The notes under the pieces were generated by a model that had not been told where the DNA came from, made no database searches, and saw only the letters and a list, made by a program, of their open reading frames with translations. 39,434 nt of DNA from Toensbergia leucococca (lineage: Eukaryota): positions 62,001 through 101,434 of the forward strand of contig JALDZS010000076.1 of NCBI GenBank assembly GCA_022813965.1. Direction: 5' to 3'. Of the stretch, positions 1-9,028 are shown piece by piece (within the stretch, counting starts at the first letter, position 1; every line of letters starts with the position of its first letter). Made by a program: the position numbers and the translations under genes.

Positions 1-2
1 CA

Positions 3-824
3 TTACCCACGTCACCAAAGCGAAAGCAAAAGTCTATCCAACCGCCTGAACAGCTTCTACAAGCCTTCAAAACAGCTGCTCTCTCTGTCACAAATCTATA
101 CAAGACTGCAGCTACCGATCAAAGCCAAACACGCCGGGTAGGATATCAGAACGCCCTCGACGACATTCTTACCTTTCTTGACCGAGAGAACTTGGGATTA
201 GGCGATGGGGAGGGTTGGAGAGTTCGACAATGGGCTACGGAACGTCTAGATGGTAGTCCTCCAGCACATGGTGGTAGCGAGAGTGACGAAGAGCGGGTGG
301 AGATAGAAAAGCCGGCCAGGAGTTCATCACCCACTATTCGACACGAACCAAGTCACGAGGTGTTAGCAGTACGGGCGCCTTCACGATCTACATCTCCCAC
401 TCGAATAGAGCTTGTTCCATCTGTACCGCCAATCGCTACTCAGCAACCTACCAGTGTACTTACGAGACCTGAGGTATTTACTTTCAGATCAACGATACCT
501 TATCCCCAAGACATCGATATGCAGACGAGCGATACACCTAGCAGCGGTGTATCTCAGCTAGAGTCTCAGCTGCAAGCTCCGACGCCTGCTTCTAATGCAG
601 CGGTACGATTAGAGGTAGTCCCTCGCGGATCAAGGCCATCCAGCAGGCATATCAACCATTCAAGCAAGCACAACACACGTTCCACGGCATCCGTTCAGTC
701 TCTAGGTGCAGGTGCAGGTTCAAAGAGGAGGCTGACGTATAAAGACTTTTTTGACCTTGGTAGTTTGGGTGATGGGAAAGAGGGTTTGGGTGGTGGTGGT
801 GGGAAGCGTGGTCGCTTCAACTGA
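3..824 (+). CDS. HAPSTR1/TAPR1-like (C16orf72, yeast YJR056C-type) protein, 5' end outside window
   Basis: Frame is open from position 3 and in frame with ORF 192..824: ...PEQLLQAFKTAALSVTNLYKTAA...RRVGYQNALDDILTFLD...EGWRVRQWATERL. This resembles the F-x-x-A-A-x-x-V-x-x-L-Y-K...G-Y helical motif of the family. It is followed by a disordered S/P-rich linker and a C-terminal basic NLS-like KRGRFN. Confidence 0.6.
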   Translation, partial: LPTSPKRKQKSIQPPEQLLQAFKTAALSVTNLYKTAATDQSQTRRVGYQNALDDILTFLDRENLGLGDGEGWRVRQWATERLDGSPPAHGGSESDEERVEIEKPARSSSPTIRHEPSHEVLAVRAPSRSTSPTRIELVPSVPPIATQQPTSVLTRPEVFTFRSTIPYPQDIDMQTSDTPSSGVSQLESQLQAPTPASNAAVRLEVVPRGSRPSSRHINHSSKHNTRSTASVQSLGAGAGSKRRLTYKDFFDLGSLGDGKEGLGGGGGKRGRFN

Positions 825-1255
825 ATGATATATCCACGAGAATCATGAAGTCAAGGTTCCCTGTGCATTACGAGAGCATTGTTCATAGATTACCATTGCA
901 CGCTCTTGCATAGCGAAGGATTCATATGGCGTTGATTATCATTTTGCATTAGTTTGTGGAGCGTAGACCAAGAACGGTTTGATTTTCTTCCACATTTGGT
1001 CACACTTTTAGCGTCCTGCTCCTTATTACAATTCTTTGACCTTCGAAGGCTCAGAGGATTGTCTGCTGAGTTTCCCAGAGCCGTGTCCTCCCTGACCGCC
1101 CTGCGTCCTGCCTTGCCCATGCAGTTCAACACACGAATCCGGACGTTGCTGAATTCTTGACTCTGCGGTTCAAAGCTTCAAGAACCTTGTACTCTTCGGC
1201 CTACGACGTGTCTAAAGACTGTTGTTGTAGATTTGTGACCATTAATCATCAAATC

Positions 1256-1644
1256 TCAATTTATCAAGCGCCAGATCCCCATGCCCACAAGTGTTATGGC
1301 AATCGTTGAAACGCCGGCTTGTCGAGACGCAAGACCAAACCTAGACCCGCTTCTGATTATTTTGCCTTCTTGCCGTTTCAATTGACTCACGCCGGAGAAA
1401 TAGCTGTAAGCCCCGAGGCCGATGAAAGCAGATGCTCCTGAGAAGACGTGATTAGTTCTTTTTACTAGTGTCGATGATCTCCAAGCCATGAAATCGAGTC
1501 ATTCGAGGGCGTACCTGTGAGCCTGCAGGAAAGGCAGTCGTCTTGCTTGTCTTGCGTGTCTTTTTTCAATACGGTGCTGAGTTTTTCGGGCTTTTGCATC
1601 TGCAACAGAGATGGGCTAGGTTTGTTCTGGGATTCTTGAGCCAT
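1256..1644 (-). CDS. Small membrane protein, DUF4536/DMAC1-like; 2 exons (1644-1515, 1437-1256)
   Basis: ATG at 1644; GT-AG intron 1514-1438 with CTAAT branch point. Spliced product ...KQDDCLSCRLTGASAFIGLGAYSYFSG...TLVGMGIWRLIN has the DCxxCR motif and two hydrophobic segments. Confidence 0.7.
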
Positions 1645-1829
1645 TTGATGAAGCTGTATTTCGTAGGGTAGCTTTAGCAGTATCTGGTCGTGCCCTGGAA
1701 TGCAGCTGTGAAATGCTGGATGTTAGAATTCAGGGTGCAGAATTGCCGGGCGGTGAAAATCCAGATTTCCACTGCTTGAAAGGCGACTTCAAACCAACCA
1801 TCCCACTCAGGATTAATCATGACCCCACG

Positions 1830-3583
1830 ATGATGAGCAGCGCCATTGAGGCGCTTTACATTTTCGATCAACACAAGTATCAATCCCAAGAAGCTCCAAA
1901 CAAAAGTTTTTACTAATAGAAGGCAACAGTGACTCTGTTCTCCAACATACATACCGCTCTCGACCAGCTTCTGCCCGCACTGTTCTCCCACTCTATTCTG
2001 CACATCCTACCCCTCGACCCTCCTTAATATTTCTACCTAATATCAATCCACCAACCCTTCTGTTCTCCCTCATTCATTCCAATCTTCTCTTCTTATCGCC
2101 CGCATCAGTAGACACGGAACCCTTATTTGTCCTCGAATTTCTCCACCGTATTGTCGATGTGCTAGAGGAATTTCTCGGTGCGCCTCTACTGGCCAGTAAG
2201 ATAGAAGGTGCTTACGATGTGGTTGCCCAACTTCTCGGCGAAATGTGCGACGCAGGGAGCGTATGCAATACAGAGCCGAATGCCTTGAAAGACACTGTGA
2301 ATACACCTGGATGGGTGGGAAAGCTCCTAGCCGGAGTGACCTTACCTGGGTACGGAAGACTTGTAAAGTAACATAGATCATCTGAGACTGATGCCAGTGT
2401 CTATAGGTCGTCACCAGCCCTTCTTCCTACTGGAGGCCTGAAGCAGCAGCTGAGTTTAAATCCATCTACCAACGGACCCGCAATTCCATGGCGCCGTGCA
2501 AATGTTCGCCACACTAGCAACGAACTTTACGTTGATATCGTAGAAACACTTTCTGTCACTCTCGCACCCTCTGGGCGACCTTTAGCAGCATTTGCCAATG
2601 GGTCTATAGTATTCACGTCCAAGATATCTGGCGTACCTGATTTATTACTAAGTCTTTCTGCACCGGGTGGCAGGAGCTCAATGGATCGGGCTTTTGAGTT
2701 GCCAGTCTTCCACCCTTGTGTACGATTAGCTAGATGGAAAGAAAAGCCCGGTGAACTGAGCTTTGTACCCCCGGATGGAAAATTCGTACTTGCAGGTTAT
2801 GAGGCGAATCTGTTATCCTCTTACCCAGATCTTAACTCCTGGTCAACGGCAAATCTACAACTTCCCGTCTCCATTGAGGTTTCAAAGTCGCTTGGCCCTA
2901 TGGGTGCGGACTTTGAAGTCCGTCTTCTCTTATCTGCCAAATTCCCTGGTGCCTCGTCCTCGTCAGTATCCTCACGCCCAGTTCTGGGCTCGCGAGGCTC
3001 TGGGATATCTACTCCAATGTTCAGCGGTGGTTCCTCTGCTTCACCGCATCTTCAAGATGTCACAGTCACTGTTCCCATTCCCGAAGCTGTGCGAAACATC
3101 ACCGATTTACGTGCCAGTCGAGGTGAAGCCTACTTCAATCCAGCTGACAACGTCGTTGAATGGCGTATCCCAACAAAGGACGCTGCCGCAGCAGGAAGTG
3201 CTACACTACGCTGTACGATTGTTGGTCCGTTGCCTGATGATGAGGAAGCGTCGATGAACGGATTCCGCCTAGACAATGTGAATGGCGACTACAATGACAA
3301 AGAAGAAACATACCAAGCATCTCTGACAGAATCAGCAAAAGCAGCATCTACGAAAGAGCAGCAAGACCCAAGGGATCTGTATAAAATTCAGCAAAATTCT
3401 CCCCTGATGCCTTCATCCGCATCGGTCAGCTTCAGTGTGAAAGGGTGGCTCGCTAGCGGGGTAAAAGTCGACGGACTTATCATCGATACGCGGAAGAGTC
3501 GTGGTCTAGGTGAGGGAGTAAAGCCTTACAAAGGTGTGAAATACCTTACCGTTAGTAGGAAGGGAGTGGAGACTAGGTGTTGA
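1830..3583 (+). CDS. APM3: AP-3 adaptor complex mu subunit; 3 exons (1830-1876, 1930-2349, 2407-3583)
   Basis: N-terminus MMSSAIEALYIFD; YDVVAQLLGEMCDAG; IPWRRANVRHTSNELYVDIVE; FHPCVRL...LSFVPPDGKFVLAGY; C-terminal GVKVDGL...KPYKGVKYLT. These are mu-homology-domain motifs of the AP-3 type. Confidence 0.88.
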
Positions 3584-3864
3584 TAGTGAGAGTTGCATGG
3601 CAGGGGCATTTATTGGCGTTGAAAATATACCAATGTGATGCTATCCCACGGTGTTTCCTTTGTGGCCTAGAAGCACTCTACTAATTCAATGCATGTAAAA
3701 AAGTGAAATTTTGTAATTGACTATCTCCGTCTCTCAAACCCTCCTTTTCAATTTGACGACTGACGTAACGGACATCAATTGGCCAAAATATTCTCTCGTA
3801 TCAATCTGGCCGGAGGACATATCCCTCATCCGCATTCATCATCCTCATTGCTTCAAACCAATCG

Positions 3865-5337
3865 ATGAGATCTCTTCTCCCTCGGCAATGCAAGTTCTCG
3901 CGTAGCAGAGCTTTTTTTACAAAGTCAATGGCCCAACAGGATGCATCTTCAAGGGCTAGACGGCGTTTCGCCCCATTGGACCCGGCGAAGGAGACGGGGA
4001 ACGATGCACCTAGGTTGATGGGGGTAATCTTCGATGTTGATGGTACTATGTGGTGAGTTGAGATCTTTATCAAATAGTATAATCCTTGGACTCGATCTTC
4101 GACTTCCGGGTTTGGTTTCCCTCTTTTGTCTTCCAAATGTACGCACTGCTGGTTTCGATTTTGGTATTTGATACTGGGATTTAGATTCTCCAAATGCGCA
4201 CCTGTTTTTCTATTATGACAAGCACACTCTGCGGACATTTTCCTATATGCACTTATTCTATCTCTGCGATCCACTTCCTTAACGCCCAACCCACCACCAC
4301 ATCTCTAAACCCCCCAACCCCAGCAAACCCCAAACCTACATGTTCGCCGAAATGCGGTCCGTCCCCCTCCCCCCTCTCCCCTCCTCCCAAACCAAAACTC
4401 CCTAACCACGCCCCCCACACAGATCCGCCCTCGCCATCTCCGCCACAACCGACATCCTAACCCACATCTACGCCCTACCCCCCTCCCAACAACCTAGCGC
4501 CCTCTCCTCCATCCGCGCCATCGAATCCACCGCCATGCTCGCCCAGCAACCCCAACCGGGCCTCCTGCCCCTGATGGAGTATCTCGAGCGCCGCGGAATC
4601 CAGAAGGGGATCTGTACCAGGAACTTCGAGTGAGTGTACCCTGTCCTCTCTCCCTTTTGGAAAAAAAAAAGAACAAGGCAGGATCTCGCTGGCGTGATGG
4701 TGCCATGCTGCTAGAGAAAGCGGTGGCCGAGGACCTGGAGCTCGATTGAAGTGAAGGAAGGAGGAACTGCTGACAGCGTGTGTGTGGTGGAAAGCGGTCC
4801 CGTATCCCACCTCCTGACCAAATTCCTCGCCGGCAAAACCTTCTCCCCAATCATCACCCGCGATTTCCGGCCCCCGAAACCGCACCCCGCTGGCATCGAA
4901 CACATTGCCCGAAGCTGGGGCCTGGACGATCGGGGAGAGCGGCTGATTATGGTCTGCTTCTTTTCCCACCTCTTTTTCCCCTTTGCCCCTTTTCGCCTCT
5001 CTCCGATTTTCCTCCCTTTGTCCCTATCCCTGGCTCTTTGCTAACCTTCTTCGCTATTTCATAGGTTGGTGACTCCATCGATGATATGACGGCTGGCCAT
5101 CGTGCTGGTGCTGCGACGGTCTTACTGGTCAACGAGGTCAATGCGCATTTGGTGCGGCATGAGCATACGGATCTTGTTGTTGAGAGGCTGGATGAGTTGG
5201 TTGCGGTTTTGGAGGAGGGTTTTTTGGGGAGGGAGTTTGGGGGGGAGGAGGAGGGGGAGGAGGAGGATGGGGAGGAGGAGGATGGGGAGGAAGAGAATGG
5301 GGAGGAAGAGGAAGAGGATGGGAAGGGGGCGTTATGA
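3865..5337 (+). CDS. HAD-superfamily hydrolase (YOR131C-like); 5 exons (3865-4052, 4324-4356, 4423-4629, 4795-4951, 5065-5337)
   Basis: Motif I GVIFDVDGT, motif II GICTRN, motif III RPPKPHPAGI and motif IV MVGDSIDD join across four in-phase GT-AG introns. The basic N-terminus may be a mitochondrial presequence. Confidence 0.85.
5245..5325 (+). repeat. Imperfect 15-nt coding repeat (GAGGAGGAGGATGGG-like) giving an acidic EEEDG tail
   Basis: Directly visible; encodes GEEEGEEEDGEEEDGEEENGEEEEEDG. Confidence 0.8.
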
Positions 5338-5465
5338 GGGATTAGGTGGTGGTCTGATTGGTGTGTGGTCTGATTGGGTTGGGATTGGTGTTCACGGAAG
5401 TTTGATTTTTCTGCATTCTAGCAGGTGCTACTATAAATGTACACTAAGGTGGCCGACAGTCAGGC

Positions 5466-6662
5466 TTATCTCCTAACCCTCGCCTTCGCATTCACCTTCC
5501 CCTTACCCTTTTTACCCGTCCCCGCCTTCACCTGCGCCAACACGGGTTCACTCCTGGTCGACAAACTCCGCACCCAATTCCCAATTAACCCCAACCCATC
5601 CGCCACCTCGCCCCTCTCCTCCCTCTCCTTCTCCCCCCTCGCTCTCCCCTCCCTATCAACCTCCAACTGCCTCCTCCTCGCCTCCGTCATCTTCCACTCG
5701 TCGGGAAACTCGACCGTCTTCTTCTCCTTGAAATGCCGAAAATCGACCGGCACATCCTCAAACATGTCCTCCCCGTTCCGCGCTTCCTCCATCAGCGTAT
5801 CGACCAAATCGCCCAGATACCGTTTGTTCTGCGCTTGCGTCTCGAACATCTCGCTGCTCATTTTCACAATGTCGGTTTGGGGGTTGTAGCGGGGGCCGAC
5901 GAGTTTGATGAGTTTGATGCGTTGGGCTTCGGTGAGGGAGGGGAGGTCGCGGGTGCAGAATTCGAGGACGATTTTTTTGGCGGCGGGGTGGGTTTCGCCC
6001 ATGTAGGTTGTGTAGCGGAAGCGGAGGGGGCGGTCGAGGGAGGGAGGTGTGAAGGGTTTGGCTAATTCTGTTTTGGGGGGAGAAAGTGATTAGCTTGTTT
6101 GGTTGAGAAAAAGGGGGAAATAGAGGTGACGATTACTGCTCAGTAGAGGCATCTCCCAGGCTGCAATTCGAGCATACTCCCTCATCTCCCGATGCTGCTC
6201 CAACTCTCCGTGCGCTAGCGAGCTGATATCGTCGCCCTGAAATTCTTCATCCTCGCCGGCCCCCTGCTCGTCCTCTTCCCCCATCGCCATCAGTCCCACC
6301 TTTATCTTAGGCCTGCTCTCATCCACAACCGGCAGCTTGGAATCCGTCTCCTGGGCCGCCTCGGACACTGCAGCTGAGAGGCGCATTTGTACCTCTGCGG
6401 AGCTGAAGTGCTCGTCGACTGCTTTGGCCTTTTGTTGGAATTCAAGCTTTTCTTCTCGGGAGAGCGAGTCGTAGTAGATGCGGTCGTCGGGGTCGAGATT
6501 GTCGGGGAAGACGGGGGGGTCGGGTTTGGTTGCGATATCGGGGGTTATTAGGGTGCGGAATGAGGGAAGGGTAGGGGGCGGAGTGGGAAATTTTCGCCGG
6601 AAGGGCGTTCGGGGTATGCAACGGAGGGCGGCAAAACCTGTTCTGTATACTGCTGTTGCCAT
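5466..6662 (-). CDS. RSM24: Mitochondrial small ribosomal subunit protein mS35 (37S S24); 2 exons (6662-6137, 6067-5466)
   Basis: LAHGELEQHREMREYARIAAWEMPLLS/KLAKPFTPP...PLRFRYTTYMGETHPAAKK...KLIKLVGPRYNP...VKMSSEMF...QNKRYL...DMFEDVPVDFRH. GT-AG intron 6136-6068; Arg-rich presequence. Confidence 0.92.
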
Positions 6663-6806
6663 TGTGGTGGGTTGAAGGTAGAAATTGGACTACCTAGAGC
6701 AACTTGATATCAATATTCTTTTGGCGAGCTTCGACCTCACCCCCCACCGGGACTAGGGTGAGCGCCGCTCTAGAATATTCTCGCGTGACACGGGTGCCGG
6801 TCACTA

Positions 6807-7436
6807 GAAGGATTTACCCCCCAATCGGCCAAACCCGTCACTCGGCCAACCCTATAGGGCTGAGCAGCCAGATTTTCGCGATTTTCTCTCCGCCACCAAT
6901 TATCACCTTCATACTGACTATCTAAGTGTTTTATTCAAATGTATCAACCTCTCAGTCCTACTGTATCATTTCAGTACCTTTTGCGCCTCCTTCTGAGCCT
7001 CCTTTCAAGCCTCCTGCGCCTGTTCTGACACCTTCATCCTGAGTACTACCATCAGCATACAAAGGTGAAGGTGAAGAGAAAGAGATGTGTTCAAAGGATG
7101 ATTCAGAACCTCAGGGGTGAAGGAGGATTCAAAGGATAAAGGGGGTGTGTTCAAAGGAGAATTTGAAATCTCAGGGGTGGAGAAGAATTTCAAGAACAAA
7201 GGGAATGTATTCAGAGGAGTGGGAGGAACCTCAGAACGAGAAAGAGGAAGAGGAAGAGAATTGATAGAATATTGAAAATTGAAGGAAGGTAGATCTGACA
7301 TAATGATAGCTATAGAATGATGTCGTTAGGGCATGGAAGTAACAATAGGGGATGGAGAAAATCGCCGAAATCTGACTGCTCAGCCCTATAGGGTTGGCCG
7401 AGTGACGGGTTTGGCCGATTGGGGGGTAAATCCTTC
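6807..7436. mobile_element. Non-autonomous TIR DNA transposon (MITE-like), Tc1/mariner-pogo type target site
   Basis: 82-bp terminal inverted repeats at 6807-6888 and 7355-7436 (GAAGGATTTACCCCCCAATCGGCCAAACCCGTCACTCGGCCAACCCTATAGGG...) with 3 mismatches. TA on both flanks (6805-6806, 7437-7438). Sub-repeat TCGGCCAA occurs twice in each TIR. No transposase ORF. Confidence 0.9.
7086..7235. repeat. About 2.5 copies of a degenerate 60-bp tandem repeat inside the TIR element
   Basis: TGTGTTCAAAGGA...CTCAGGGGTG recurs at 7086 and 7146, and as TGTATTCAGAGGA...CCTCAG at 7206, with exactly 60-nt periodicity. Confidence 0.8.
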
Positions 7437-8407
7437 TATTCACCATTTGGGCTTGGCACCCGCGTCGGAGACTTTGAGAGGCAAGCTTGGAAGAGTCTTG
7501 GCAGCTGAGACGACAGGCGCGAAAGTTCCCACCCGCATATCCATTCAATGCCGCTCATATTGGCTTTTTTTGGCTATCAACCACTTATCTTCCCAAGAAA
7601 GTCCTCTCCTCGTAGCAGAAGCCTGGTGAGAGGTTTGTGAGCTTGCGCCGGAAAAGGTGTCGAAGATGATGAAACATATGTGCGTAGTGCCAAGATTGCC
7701 ATTCCTATCGAGGTAAGAGCGGGTAGTGAGCCTTGTGGCGGTAAATTGTCCGGATTTCATGGCTGTATATTGCTGTCCTCCGTCCGATCTTGTGATCTAG
7801 GATGGCTTGGGGAAGATGACACGAGCATTGTCGGATATGCGCATCCAAATTCATCGGTGGGTACGAGCGTTGTTTCTGACTTGGAAGATGCCGACAGAAT
7901 ATCACGTTACCAAAATGTCATCTTCTAAAAGATAAACGCTCCATAACATGTACGTCAATGGGTGTTTTGTGATGGTGTAGCAGTTATTTCAGCCGCTGGG
8001 CTTCAAGAGCAAGGGTGATTCACTCCATTCCATTGTCGTTTATTTCATCTTTGTCTTATTGTGTCTCTCAATTTACCACTCAGCTCTCTTGGCTGAAGCC
8101 TGGCAACGTCTCAGAATCTGGTACTGTGGAGAAGAGCTTCAAGAGATGAAGAAATCAGCATGCGAACTTGGAAAGCTGTGTACTCTTGTGCATTAATCTC
8201 ACCACCAGAGTGTTTGATGCCCATGGTCATGAAGACTTTCGACCAGAGACAATGCTTTTGAGCAAGAGTTATGCATTTGAATCTCGACCAAGTAAGCTAT
8301 GTAAGGAACCTCTCGCTCGCCCATCAGCAACTTTCCATTTCCGAGGCCTTGAATATCTCTTGCACCGTTGCAGCAATAGAGGCCATTTATGGAAGTCTTT
8401 CGAGCAC

Positions 8408-9028
8408 CTACGGCCCGAAAAAGCCTGGCTGGTACCGGTGTGCCCCGTTTGGTCCAAACTCCCCATCCGGGTCATTTGGGTCAAATGGGTTAGGGTCCTG
8501 GTCCTGCCGCTTGCCCGGCTCCTTCCACTTTCTCGCTTCCTCAAGACTCGGTTTCGGAGACTTGGAGCGTTCAAGGTCACGTTTGCAGCCGTGGCTGAAG
8601 CAGGGGCAATTTACGTTCTCGCACTGGGGACAGTTGTGAATGCTGAAACATGGCGGACCGGAGTATAAGGCTGCGCTGTCTTCGCGAGGCGAAAGGTAGC
8701 GAGCTAGATGATTGGGGCCCTGGTGGTGGAGTTTAGTGTTTCGCTGATTTGGAGTGGAGGTGAGTGATGGAAATACTTACGCGGGCTTCAATGCTAATTT
8801 CGGGGCGTACGACATTAGTAAGTCATTTTTACTCTTCTTGGATTCTACCATGGAGAAGGTGTAATACTTCTCGTCACCACGCTTAGCCATGTGGCCCTCG
8901 TTTGCGTATCCTGGACTCTGTTACTTCTGTTCGGTTCAGGAGTTGAGAGACGACTTACCTGGGGCTGGTACTGCTACTGCCATGGAGGCTAGCAGTGCTG
9001 CGAGGGTGAAAAGCTGCTTAAGACGCAT
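8408..9028 (-). CDS. Secreted Kex2-processed multi-peptide precursor containing a 6-Cys peptide; 4 exons (9028-8959, 8910-8868, 8793-8781, 8719-8408), 145 aa
   Basis: Signal peptide MRLKQLFTLAALLASMAVA; three GT-AG introns (48, 74, 61 nt) with compatible phases. Product: ...VPAPGYANEGHMAKR-GDENIEAR-GPNHLAR-YLSPR-EDSAALYSGPPCFSIHNCPQCENVNCPCFSHGC-KR-DLERSKSPKPSLEEARKWKEPG-KR-QDQDPNPFDPNDPDGEFGPNGAHRYQPGFFGP*. Confidence 0.8.

Noticed and set aside
4053..4323. Long first intron of the HAD gene as a possible snoRNA host or stwintron
   Set aside because: No clear box C/D or H/ACA architecture and no nested splice-site arrangement found.
7086..7235. Regularly spaced repeats resembling a CRISPR array
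   Set aside because: Eukaryotic context, whole-unit tandem similarity rather than repeat-spacer structure, and no cas genes.
7640..7928. ORF 7680..7928 with a GAG/GTAAGA donor-like site and an ATGATGA box-C-like word
   Set aside because: No convincing start, gene model or recognisable product; the nearest CTGA is about 200 nt away, too far for a typical C/D snoRNA.
8168..8668. Plus-strand 166-aa and 122-aa ORFs, and minus-strand 8269..8580
   Set aside because: Antisense or off-frame shadows of the last exon of the secreted precursor; the 166-aa and 103-aa ORFs lack ATG starts and none has a motif.
8408..9028. Dikaritin/ustiloxin-type RiPP cluster
   Set aside because: No multiply repeated core peptide and no DUF3328, tyrosinase or transporter gene nearby in this window.
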